This document shows positions 13,351-26,600 of a stretch of DNA of 64,000 bases, piece after piece. Origin of the DNA: Balanoglossus misakiensis (taxonomy: Eukaryota; Animalia; Hemichordata); the NCBI GenBank assembly GCA_040954595.2, contig CM082585.2, positions 7,601,253 through 7,665,252 on the forward strand. Reading direction: 5' to 3'. Below the pieces are notes generated by a model, which worked only from the letters and a program-made list of their open reading frames with translations, searched no databases and was not told the DNA's origin. Position numbers and translations under genes: made by a program. Every line of letters starts with the position of its first letter. Position 1 is the first letter of the stretch.

Positions 13351-15152
13351 CTACCTATCGAATCTCGCCAATCTCCGACGGCGCAACTCCTCGTGATCAA
13401 GGCCAACGTGACCCAGCGGGGCCGTGTTCCCAGGATCCACAAATCCATAGCCAGGGGGTGGCGCAATGTACACATCTGGCTCCTCCGGGGGCGGTGCACT
13501 TGGTACGGCAGCAGGCAGGGCACTGGGGTGGGTGGGATAGGGAGGGTTGACCCCCTGATCATCTCTCGGGAGGTCTGGGTACAGCTGATTGTAGGATGGG
13601 GGTGACTGGGGTCGACCATCTGCAAAGAAATGAATAACAAGATGGTACTGAACCGTGCATGTATGTAAGACTTTCATATCATCTCACTGACAGTCACTTA
13701 ATGATTGTGATAAATGCGCCTTCAAACAGAAACATAAAGCTGTTAAAATCAATGATCTCCAAGATATACCTGTCTGTAAACTGTCGTTAAGAGCCTGTTG
13801 GATCTGCTCATCCTCGGTCATTCCTCCTGTATACAGTGTTTCATCAAACTGCCTAGCATTACCATTGCCATAGTATCCCATGCCGTTATCCTGTGGGTAT
13901 GGGGGTTGTTGCACCGGTGCTGCTTGCCTTCGGCCCGTCGCCCCTCCTCCAAAGAAACGATTCCCCCAACCGGTCCCCCAGTTGGTACGACGTGGTCTGT
14001 ATTGAGTATTGGCTCCAGGCAGACCTTCTGTTAGATAGTTACCATTATAAATTAATGTAATACAATATAAATTAATTTATATCTGCATACATATAGAATA
14101 ACGGAAAAAAAATTTGCTCAGTACATGTCAGAGTAAGGGTCAAAATAGAGCAGATTATGTTTCCAAGAGCAACAAACTTTCTCTGATTCAGCATCAATTT
14201 TTCCTCTCCTTCCAAACAGACTTACCAGGCAACATGAAGGTGTCCATGATTCCCTTCAGAGGTCCTTTAACGTAGGCCAATCCGACGAGGATCCCGGCCA
14301 GGTGACCGGCGAATGAGGCGTTGGGTACCAAGATGGAGATCAGAAAGAGCTCTGCCCAGCATGCAACGCGGGAATGGACGGGGATGAATCCCATGAGCCA
14401 CTGCGTTCCCGGCGGCATGAGGTGAGTTGTCACCACTTTGATTGCAAACAAGACACCTGTAATTAAGTCACAATTCACAAGTTAGGGTTTTGTTCCCTGT
14501 CCTATTCAGACAAGTACATGTACACCAGTACAGTACAACCTTAACTAAACCAAACCCTGTCTAATCTGGAATCCTGCGCCATAATTAAACAAGTGATTTG
14601 CTGATGAGAAAACGTGTAGTGGTGGTGTAAAGTGCCACTGAAAAATCACAGAATTATGAAGTGCACTGGCACCTTACCAGAGAAACCGACAGCACAAGTA
14701 TGCAGGTACGAGGCACTACCGAAAAATTCGGCTGCTAGAAAATTGAGTCCCACCAGCACAGCTCCGGTTAGCATACAGAACGCGGCTATCATGTAGGCGA
14801 AGTATTTGCTCCCGAAGCGCCTCTCCAGAGAAATTCCCTTCCAGAGGAAGGACACCATGTTGAAATACAGGTGCATGTCGCTGGCGTGGAACCACGGGGC
14901 CAGGAAGAGCCGCGACCAATCGCCGTCGTACCAGACCGCGGCTGAGCTGATGCACACGTCTCGGATCCGCGGCACTTGCAGCAGACGAAGGAAGATGGCC
15001 GTGTTGGCGGCGAGCGTTGCAAGGGTCACCGGTGGGATGTTGTCGAGTCCGATCCGCATCACTTGCAGAGCCAACAGGAATATGCCAAGCCCTGCACCAC
15101 CACCACCGCGGCGGCCATGTCTGTACATGCCGCCCCTCCTCCTCCCGAACAT
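13351..15152 (-). CDS. RHBDD1: Rhomboid-related protein 4 (RHBDL4/RHBDD1), ER intramembrane serine protease; 4 coding exons
   Basis: Exons approx. 15152-14678, 14456-14226, 14027-13770, 13619-13351. Motifs IPPVTLA, WSRL, HASDMHLYFNM, catalytic AVGFSG and SFAGHLAG, a UIM-like TEDEQIQQALNDSL and a C-terminal VCP-binding motif EELRRRRLARF. Confidence 0.95.
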
Positions 15153-15319
15153 GTCGTAAACAATGTCAGTAATTGTTTCGTGGAAAGTCAGATCTGACAA
15201 CTTAACCACTCTGGCAACTTAATAACTGTATCTATACGATACCACCGGTGTTCCAGACCCCTTGCTTTGCGACAAACGATATCTAACAACGTTTTCAAGA
15301 TCAACTGGGCCTTTACGAT

Positions 15320-15575
15320 GCACTTCCGGGTTCTCCCGATCCTTATGGTGGGTGGTTGAGAATCTGCACTTAAGAAATACTACGCGATTCTGGCAGGTCA
15401 AACACTCTATTTGTACCTTTAGGCTTGTTTGGGACACGTCAGCTCTAACGGTATTGCCATACTCCTACCCGGGACGTTAAAATGACGAAATCCCCAATGA
15501 GTCAGCTGGCCACCATTGTAACCCTACTGCTTGTTGTGATGACGCACAGACAACACAGTAATAGCGCATGCGTAA
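15320..15575 (-). promoter_or_regulatory. Putative housekeeping promoter of RHBDD1 (ETS-like and NRF1-like motifs)
   Basis: cacttccgg at ~15321 and gcgcatgcgt at 15564-15573, just upstream of the RHBDD1 ATG. Motif evidence only. Confidence 0.3.
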
Positions 15576-16829
15576 TCGACATTTCGTGATACTTACACTT
15601 TTGAAATGGCTGTACGTACTGTAGCATAGTGTTATCATAGAAAATTCATTCTAGTATACTATACCAATCACATATTTTCAGTGAGTGTCACACGTGAAAA
15701 AAGGGCCACCACATATGGTCATCAGAAAACGTAGACATGCCCCTTTGACCATATGTTTGCATACGAGTCGGTATGTCTATGTACTGCTTTCCTACTTTTT
15801 AGTTCGGTCAGTCTGTTTTAGAATGATCTCAATCAGATATTGGATTGACTTTGAAATCCCGAAATCGCCATTTCAAAAATTACCACATGACAGGGCAGTG
15901 TTACATTACTTTTTTGACGAAAGTTCACAGCTGTTGGAACTATGGTGGCGCTCTAGTTTGCTCGATGGCGAATATGCTAAAATCGGATAAGTTATTCGCA
16001 GCAAACAAGTCTTGTTCCAAAAATAGGTTTTTCAAAAACAGTGTGAAGGTCAGAACAGAATTAATTTTAAGTTTTTTTAAGCTGATGCTAAACCTTTACT
16101 GCACAGAAAACGTCAATCCTGACGCCCCTCCCTGTAAAATGACCTCACATATCCCACTTGATTTTATGACATGTAACCATGTTTGTATTCGAAGCTATTT
16201 TGCACAAGTCATAATTATTTTGCACGTCTGAGTTCTGTCCACTATAAAAGTTTATAGGTTAGGCCTAGATCTAATCATCGCAGTTTGATCTGCCTAATAC
16301 ACTCTATGTTTTTGCCTTCAACTACGTTTACAGACAACGTTAGTATTCATTCTGACAAAATGAATGTCGCCAATGTGACTGCAAAAATGGCTGCTCGGTT
16401 TAAAAAAGGATTCACACTTCATCGCCGCATTTATGTGAGATTTTATTTGGTGTCATTGGCACGAGACAAGTGTATACATTTGTAAATGTGACTGAATTAT
16501 TCTGTGAACAAATACTGAGGATACATAAAATGCATATTTATTGTACATAAAAGTGATAAATATAGAAAAAAATTCTGCCATCTTTTAGGCCTAATTCGTG
16601 TAAACGCTTATACATAAACATTATTTGTTCTTCATAATTAAGTTTCGTGCACAGCTGTTATGTGCTGCGAAAGTCCACGATAAAGTGCGTTCAAGGCATC
16701 AAGGTTCAAGGTTCAACGCTCTCTGTGTTTGAAGATGGTTACTGTAGTTTACATGTGTTACAATGATAGATTGTCGCCATCTTTGTGGATCCGCCGTCTG
16801 CAACAGGTAAAATCCAGCCCTCAACGATT

Positions 16830-17522
16830 TCACATCCGCGGTGCCTGGGGCAAGTCTTGTCGATGTTTGTCTTCTTTCGAACCGAGACATATTCCGCACA
16901 AGGTGGCGAAAAACCTCACAATCTCGCACACGGTGATCACCGACAGGCCGACGTATAAGCCGAGGGTTCCGCCCACATCGCTCAGAAGGTCTTCCCACTG
17001 TGACGTCATAAGCAAGAGAGGAAAAAAAATGATATATATGGCGAGAATGGGGTGTACACTAGGTGTAAGGTTTTCGGTACTGACCAAAAATGAAATGGTG
17101 GAATGTGTAATATCCGGTCATGAACTGAGCCACGACAACTGGTCGCTCGGTATGTTTCAGTGATTAGAAAAACATTAACAAGAAAATAAACAAAATAATA
17201 TCAAAAGTTAGCGACTTTGCCCAAAGGGAGCTGATCATCACCAGAGAGGATAGTTTTCTTACCATGTAAGCTGGGTGTTCAGACGTTGTCTCGTAATTCA
17301 GCGATTCAAAATAAACATTCAGTCGGACTAGATTAGATCTAAGTGAGAGAAACGTGGATTGGTAAGGAAACAGCACGAAGTATAGTAACCCACAACAATC
17401 ATATTTGATTGGGAAACTTGATAAACATTACAATTTTAATTGGGGCGCTCCCAAAGAAATAATCAACGTTTTCGAATTGAAAAAATCTGTGTCCGCTGTT
17501 CTCTAGCCCGTTAGCCGAAAAC

Positions 17523-17612
<90 letters not shown>

Positions 17613-20600
17613 CCATCATCACCACCACCACCACCACCCTTATTAAACCTGACCACTTTCCAAAAACATTCACTCAGTCCCCCCCCCCCTTCTTATTTAC
17701 CTGGCTGATTCCAAGTCATTCAAATTTCGCGTCTTGGGGTTCTGCACCTTCACAAGCTTCAGCAGGTTATTCTGTTATTGGAAAGAGGGTGCGATAAATA
17801 ATTATCAAAGGTTTTAGAGCCACTTAAAACTCCAGGTACTCGAACGTACTTTGGCTTATTTTCTCACTATTTTGGGTTTGTGTATTAGTTTAGTTGTCAA
17901 ACGCCATCAAAGAGAGTTGGAATATTCAACTGCCGTAGATCCGTTTATTTTTATCCTTGACAATAGGTTGAAACTCTCATATGTGAGCAAGGTCACTCTA
18001 ACCCAATGTTTGTGCGAATTAAACACCCGCACAAATGCTGGTTTGTAATTATAACCACATAGACAATTATGGGGCCGATCTGCCGTAACCACTGAAAACA
18101 CACGTTTCATACTCACCAGATAAGCATACGATGGCCATTGTGACTGCGATATGGTCATTAGGTATTTCATTTCTCTGTCAAATAATTAAAAAGCAAGTGT
18201 CAGAACTAATTCAGTGACAGTGACCATTTGGTATATTAATATAACTGTATAACAAGTTTGAATGTGTATGTATATGTGTATGTATGGATGGATGGATGGA
18301 TGGGGAATGATGATGGATGAATGTCAAACAGGCAGACAGATTCTAAGATAACTTATTGCATCGTTATTCAGCATACCTGCAAGGCGGGGGACATGTACAT
18401 GGCAGCAAATCAGACTGATAGAAGAAGTAGATAAGCTGGCTGCACACCGCTAGAAAATGAAACAAGAAAAGAATGCCTGTGTTAAGCGCGAGTGGGTTGT
18501 TGTATTTTTAATGTTTGCCACGAACCACAGTGATGTGTAAAGTTCACATGCGGGTGTTTTTTATGAGTTCTCAAACACTATTTGATGACGTTTGTCGTGC
18601 GATCAGGTCAAATAGACCTGTGTCTAGAAAACACGTAAAATATCGCCATTTCAACCTGGGGGCTGTCTTTCGTGCTGAAATATTAACAATGGCGTAAAAT
18701 AAATCGAGATCTTTCGTCAGATTCCAATGAATATTTCATCAACGTATGGCAAAAACATCAAAGTTTCATGTCGTCTGGGATGAGCTTATGCTTCTCAGGT
18801 GTCTATACACTCACAGTGCGAATACGATGTAGATGAAATAAATAACACCGCCGCTGTTACATGTATCTACATAGCTGTCTTTGAAATACACCCCCATGAG
18901 ATCAAGGGATTGATTATCGAAATCCTGCTGTAGCATTACTAACATTTAGTTTCGTTTAGAATACCGCAGGGCGGCGCGTCGATCCCCGTCGTCTCGGTGC
19001 AACCACAGTAGTTCAGGAGTGCAGCATGAAAGCACGCCTTTTCACACGCCTGTGAGAAAGAACAGAAAGAGAGAGAGTGTTGAGTGTTACTGATTCAGAA
19101 GCCCATTTCATTAATTTTTGGAGAAGAGAATGTAAATCAACTGAAATTTAAATTGTAACAGCTCTCCCATAGTCCTCTCGCTATCTCACTCATTCATTCA
19201 TTCACTCACTCACTCACCCACTCACTCACTCACTCACTCACTCACTCACTCACTCACTCACTCACTCACTTCATTACATTATCTGACAGAGCATGACATG
19301 CCGTGACATAATGTAACGTAACGTGATATGGTATTACATGTATGTGATTATAATAATATATGATAATATATTCTATGAAAATGAAAAATCCTTACCACAA
19401 TCGAATATGCTTTCCAGTCGTAATTTCCTCTCACGTTTTCAGGAATGTATACTTCACTGGCTTCGTCGGTACAGTTTCCGTACGGTTGCATTTGACGCGA
19501 GATCTGATTCTGCAATTTAAGCATTTTCAGACATATAATTGCCCACCCTTTCTGTTCACCATTAAGCTCGGTCAACTGTGGTTGGTCCTCTGTCTGTCTG
19601 TCTGTCTGTTCGTGCGCATTTTGGGCACTTTAACATTGATTAACTCCTTCAAATACGAGCATCTTGTGAGTGTTCGACATCTTTGTAATGTCCCCCTTTG
19701 TGCCACGTGTGGGACAGGGTGGGTTTACTATTTTCGAAACACGTGACATCACTTCCTGTCTTTTTTGCGGTGAATTCCACGAATTTGTTCAGTGCACTTT
19801 ACTGGTTGTCCGTGCTCTGGCTGTTTTGTGCTTGCCTTTGCAAGTGGTCATGCATGTTCATGTGATATTGGGCATGTGAGTCTTATACCTACCGCCTGCA
19901 ATGACACCGACGTCACAGTTCCCGGCATCGCAAAGAAGCCATTGTCTGCGGGGAACGTCCTTATCGTACGAGGCGCGATGGACACAACAGCGGCCGAGTC
20001 CTGCCCGTAGACACTGAGGTACTCGCTCTGCTCGGTGAACAGCGTCAAGGACAGACCTAGTAAGGAAAATGCGCATAGACCACCATATTACATTTCATTC
20101 ATGATCTCACTTGTCCGCCAGTGTATAAGGTATGTACGTTTCACGCGGAATTGCTTTCACGTGTTTCTTTTTTGGAAACTGTTATTTTATCAACTTCATC
20201 TCATGGATACATCTAGAGTAAAGCAAGCAGTGACGCAATGTATATCAAAGCTACCCTTTCTCCGTAACACTTTACGTGAACGTAGTTTACTTGCCGTGAG
20301 CTTTGCCAGTTCCTCTTGAAAATCGGGCCGCGTCGCCAGTTTTTGCATTGAAGTGAAAACAGTTGCCATAGTTGTCGCTCTGTGTGACGTCAAAATCGGT
20401 CCTGAAAGCAAGTCAGTCACGCGTATCAGTAACACAATGCATCGTGTCCTCTAGCAAAAGTGCCCCATAAATCAATGTAACCATAGAAACAACAAACCAT
20501 AACAGTTGTGACTTCTGCGAAACGGTAGCGCTTAATTCAAGCAAGAACGTGTGGACATTTGTGTGTGGGCATGTAGATTTCAGAAAAACGCCCATCAACT

Positions 20601-23600
20601 CCATATTGAAAACACAAACAACACTTCAATGTATGAAGTTAACGTTTATCGACGAAGAGATGTGTGACTAAGGCTACGATATCCCACATTCGTAATCACA
20701 CAAAGTGTTTCCGTTGGTACATTCTCGTCAATTATTAAAGACCTATTAATCACAATACGCTGGATTTGAATGTGCAACTTCCAAGAAGAAGGCTCCCGAG
20801 AGAAAGGGGACGTGACCAAGCGCTTTAGCAGAGATGGTGAACATCTCGTTTGCTCATTTGAATATGCAAATGAGAATAGAAATTTGCATACTTAGGGTCA
20901 CATTTTTCGCCGGCGTATGTACACTGAAGTATGAAGTCCTCCGCCTGGTGTCCCATCGCCGCTATCTGGCCGGGAGTCAGTTTCAAGACACCCCCCAGTT
21001 CTGTGTAGTCCGGTTCGTTGCTGAAAGTCTTGAATCGCAGCCAGTCCGGGGGGTCCTCTCCCTTGACGCGATGGTATCCCAGGTGACGGTAGATGTTGTC
21101 CCGGAAGTAGTCGTAGGTGGACAGGTTGTTGGTGATTGACAGGTAGGGCTGTTGCCAGCCAGGGGCGAAGAGGTGTTCGGTGTCTTAAATCCAAGAACAG
21201 CAATAACGAAACAGTGCACGAATAAGAAAGGGAGAAATGTAAAAACATGTTAACCCTTTCATCACCATGGTTCAGTCCAAATCTGTTATTGCCTATGGTA
21301 AAGTTGGACGTTTAAAGAGGGAACAGGGTGGGGTTAATGAGATATCGATTGATAATATAATAGCATCATGATTTTTCACTCCAAGCTTTTTGGTTTGCCC
21401 CCCCCCCCCCCCGATCCAAAGCTAGCGAAATCCCAGTCAACTTACCGTTTATGTCAGCATTAACACATCCCAGCTCATCAAAGCGATCCGCACAGTCAAA
21501 GAGAGTGTCACATATCTGGTAAGGGTGGACACACTCCCCGGATGTACACCTTATGAAACTGGCGGGGCAATCCGTTTCATTGTCCACTGGAATAACGACT
21601 GAAAGATAACATTTCATCAGTGAGAGGTTGTACATTGCATGTACGTTGACATACATACATACATACATACATACATACATACATACATACATACATACAT
21701 ACATACATACATACATACATACATACATACATACATACATACATACATACATACATACATACATACATACATACATGCATGCATGCATGCATGCATGCAT
21801 GCATGCATGCATGCATGCATGCACGCACGCACGCACACACGCACGCACGCACAAACACACACACACACACACACATACATACATACATACATACATACAT
21901 ACACACATACATACATACATGTCTCTTACTTGGGGGGAGCAGACTTTGATAGAAGTCAGTGCCAATCGATTTGATGGTCCTTATACCGTCGTAGCCAATG
22001 CTTTCTTGGTGGAGAGTACAAGTATGTGTAGCATGATGGAAATCAAAGGACCGACACGAGTAGAGTTTCCAGTAGTAACATGTGTGAAGACACTTGTGCA
22101 GGGACACGTTGGGTATAACATCCGTAGAGTTGATGGGTAGAGTCCTGTCTTTTTGTTTGTCGAACACGGAAAACAATCTCGTTCTCAGGAGGTTGCTGCG
22201 CATGTCCCTCACGAACTCTGCAAGAAAAACACAACATCCCATGATCAATGACTTGTTTTATCATAGTACGTCTTTCCTTCAAATTGAAAGGATTGCATTT
22301 GCCATTCGTGGGCAGATTTAAGCACATCCATTATGTAGACAGGCGGGCAGGCAGACAGACAGATAGACGGATACTCACTCGTCGCATGGACTTTAACCTC
22401 GCAGACATGTAGGTAGTCCATCCTGTAAGGGTCGTTTTGCAGAACGACGTACCTGCCGTGGATGGGCACGATACAATCACGCACAATAGTCTTATCGTAC
22501 ATATCCATGGACGCAATTTGTGACCCGCATTGTGTATTTTTATCAATTTCCTCGCGGTAGTATCCGACCTTCACTACAGCTCCGACTATCCTGAAAGCTG
22601 AATTGTGGTGTGTGGAGAAGGCACATTAGAATTTTCGAAACATGTGACGTTACTAGTTGATTTTGCAAAAGAATAAGCCAGATAATCTTTTTCAATGGGT
22701 TTCGCAACACGTGTTTGTCTGAATGTCATGTCTGGTCTATGTTTACTTTGCTCGTTTATGGTATGCTGTATGTTACTTGATTTCGTGAACATTCTAATGT
22801 GACGTCACGATTTCACGGCATGGGTATGTGACTGTTGTCATTTTCACACCTGTTCACCGCAATGGAAACAAATATGTAGCAATACCTACAGCAACAATCA
22901 TAACGGTTGATGATCACCACTTCGTGGACGGCGTAGATATCCTGAAGATCTACCCTCCACCAGGCGCCCTGTTCGTTGGCTGAGTGGGTGCAGCTTTGCC
23001 CGGTATCCAAGGCGAAGTTCTCGTTGCCGTCGACGGCTCTGCTGGCAACGTGGGTGTAGTAGGTGCTGCTCTGTTCGGCTGGCTTTCTGAGAGCCACGTT
23101 CGGTAACTGTTGGGCAATTTCTGCAATAAAACACCAAAAAACCTCATAAGAGCAGCCATTTTGTACTATAGGAAGTTCGTTTGCTTTGTTCGATGGTGAA
23201 CATGAGCATTAGGGCTTTGCAGCTGACAAAAATCCTGCATGACGGCCGAATTTTTGTATAGTTGCTATTGCTTGCTATCCATGCCAGATCATGCACTCAG
23301 TTGATATTCCCAACATACCTACCCTGTCAACGACCATTAGAGGGAAATTTATCAAAATTAGAACATTAAGTATTGGCCATACATGACATGCATGTAAAGT
23401 TACAAACAAAACATGGAAAAATCCCATTTGCATCATTTTGCCAAATCATAGGCCCCTAATAAGTATGCAACTATATGAGTATTTACCGACACCGATGACT
23501 TCCACTTCACACAAACTTAGGTGGTCCGTTTTGTTTTGTAGCTGGACAGAAACAATCCGCCCCTGTAGAGAACAGTCCAATTTCACCGTGGCATCAAATT

Positions 23601-26600
23601 CGATGTCGTCCCATGTGATGGGTTCGCCACATTGTGTATTGTTGGCGATGACGTCAGTGTTCCCAACCCTGACGACCGCGCCGTGCAGACGATAACCTGG
23701 TATCAGAAAAAAAGATAAAGTCACGTAGAATGCGCCTCAAACATCAAGGCAACTTTAGATTATTCTCTCTTAAAATTGAGAATTAAAAATAGGAGTCAGC
23801 GTACAAAGTTTTAAATGAGACAGCAAAATTGTGTCAAATTCGAAATTCAAAATGGCCGCCCAGCTCGGTGTTGACCACATCAGAGAAATAATGCCGATTC
23901 GAATTCCTACCGCAACAGTCCGCCCTGTTGGTGATTATTACGTGCTTGATTTCATATTCTTCGCCTAGATCAACTTTCCACCACGGTTCGTACTCTTTCT
24001 GGGTTTGCGTACAACTTCGGCCGGCGAAGTCGTTGTTCTTATCGCCATCTACTGCTTTGCCGGCGCTGCCGTAATCGGATAGGCTACTCTGCGTCGCTGT
24101 CTTGCCATCGGCGAGACTCCGGTATGCTGAATCTGCAAACGTACAGGAATGCATTCGTGAAACACTTGGGCTGACATATTATGAGCCAGACCGCGTTATC
24201 TGTGTAGAGGCTGTTTACCAGAGTCTACCAGTACTTGCCCCCGAACATTCTACCATGTCTATGTGAAGTAGAATTTCCCCAGGCTTCATACATGTAAATG
24301 TACTAGGAAAGGTTAAAGTGTGGGTGTCGTCCCGTCTGCGGTTGCGCAGGTATGGGTCCCACACGACGCAGTTGCTGGCATAAAATGAAACTGCTACAAT
24401 GTAAATTGTACATCATTGCAAACAATGAGGTTGTTACTTTTTGTCGCACTTCCAGTTTATTTTGATGTGACATGTATTGTTTGGCAATATTTCCCAGAAT
24501 ACTTTGAACAATACGGAAGATGTGCTTGTTAACAAGAATGTCGCACATGCGCATCTCAGACGACACTCCCCCCTTCAATTAATATTTACCGACTGCCATG
24601 ACCTCCACTTCGCAAACTCTCATGTCTTCCTCCTTTCCCTTCACGTGAATGCTGAGATAACGTCCAGCAACGGGCGTTGGTTCGCAGCGGACTGTGAACG
24701 TCTTCTGCTGGGTCTCATGCTCCTCAACCCCCGCGAAGCAAAGCGGGTTGTTTATGCTCTCTGAACCAGGAGATGGTCCAACACGAATTTCCGAACCAGC
24801 TAGGCGCGCTGAAATGTAAAGAAAGCGAAGATAAAGTGATTTATCTATATATTATTCATTAGATCGTTCGTTCATTCATTCATTCATTCATTCATTCATT
24901 CGTTCGTTCATTCATTCATTCATTCATTCATTCATTCATTCATTCATTCATTCATTCATTCATTCATTCATTCATTCATTCATTCGTTCGTTCATTCATT
25001 CATTCATTCATTCATTCAATCATTCATTCACTCACTCACTCACTCAGTCAGTCAGTCAGTCAGTCAGTCAGTCAGTCAGTCAGTCAGTCAGTCAGTCAGT
25101 CAGTCAACAGGTTGCCAAACTACATGCACTAGTTTTGTGTTGAGTTTTAGGTAGCATGTGGTAGAAATTGGCCAAGGGACCTGACTACACTTCGCAGTTG
25201 CTTTCTTCCATCATATTCCAAACAGCGAATCGCAAAACCGCTTGTGGATGGATTACTCACGCTCGTACGTTTCTGTGTGCGTTATTCTCACTTCAAACAC
25301 GAGCACCTCCTTCCCAAGATCTACCGCCCAATGCGGTTGCCATAACCATTCTGTGTGGGCACAGGTCCACTCAATCCCGTCCGTGGCCAGCCAGGGACCT
25401 CTTCCTTGATATATCCTCCCGCTTTGAGCAGCCGGTCTGCCTCTGGCAAAGTTGCTCAACTCCGGGTCTGGAAATCACAGCGATTTTATTCATTATCACA
25501 AGCCAACAGGAAATTTGCCAAATGGTCAAGTACAAGTTCCGAGTACGCTGCGTGGCTGACTTTTACTGACGGTGCACGAGATCTTTCTATAATGTCAAAT
25601 GACGCACCGCGCGCAGTCGTTCTGCGTGGTTTCTCTTTGAAGAGCATAATTTAAGCCCCAGCAACAGGCTGAGAAAAATGCGTTAATTACCACATATGGT
25701 TATGCTTTCGTCACTTCCGTCCCGGCAGTCATACGTTCCGTCGCAAATGTGGAAACTCTCGATGCATTCCAATGACGTCACACACTGGAAGTCTTCGTCT
25801 GCGCACTCTGCAATAATGTAAAACAATGATAAGTGTTGTCCCTGCTCATTATCACCATCCCTACTCATTATGGCTACGCAAATGAGAACCCAGGTGACCA
25901 TGCGATTTCTGAAAGTTAATTGTTGTCACCTACCACCACAATTGTCCTCATCTTCTCCACCATAACACGTGCTGACTTTATCGCACAGTAGGTCATTGGA
26001 AATGCAAATTCCCAGTTCGCTTCCCGAGTTGCATCTAAACTGGTCGTCGCCGCATTCAGCTATTGAAAATAGAAATAAATGTATGTAACAAACAATGGCC
26101 GAAAAACTGGCGTAACCAAATCATCCACCCCACCCCCCCTCACGTAACCAAATCATCCACCCCTCAAGAAATCAACTGGTTTTCCCCTTAACTCACGGTA
26201 TTGACAGTGGCTCTCGTCGCTCATATCATTACAGTGATTAACACCGTCACACACCAAGTAAGACTTGATGCAGTGTATGCCGTTCTGGCAGAGAAAATCA
26301 CCATCCAAGCATGGTACTGTAAATAAACATACAGAAAGAAAGAGAAAAGGCTTACAGATATATGTTAACGTCAACATATTTGTCTGACGCCATTTTGCTG
26401 ACAGTATACGCAAATTTTCCATTGACCTGTTAACATGACCATCGGTTGTGCGGAACGACAGTTATACTTGTTCAAGTAAAAACAAACCAACTTCCGTTAA
26501 CACATTTCGGTGGCATAAGAATGACATTCATGGAAAAGAGCCTTTCCACTGATAAATAGGTTTTTGGGGTGATATGTGTCTCTGTCCCTAAAAATTGTGA

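Noticed and set aside
18795-18870. Minus-strand pseudo-exon ...HCECIDT-TGA resembling the thumb CxCxxxC motif, with a possible Sec codon
   Set aside because: A better exon (~18449-18377, CSQLIYFFYQSDLLPCTCPPPC) with clean splice sites supplies the motif; no SECIS seen.
20898-21248. Suspected kringle or extra domain after the last LDLa
   Set aside because: The correct frame is DEG/ENaC core sequence ending MGHQAEDFILQCTYAGEKCDP.
21366-22248. Long ORFs with MYVC/HTYI repeats (also 46523-46892, 48330-48784 and the poly-Asp ORF 17399-17656)
   Set aside because: Translations of intronic microsatellites; only the flanking exon portions are real.
26111-26163. 20-bp local direct repeat (similar ~35-bp duplication at 30114-30201)
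   Set aside because: Ordinary slippage-type duplications in non-coding DNA.
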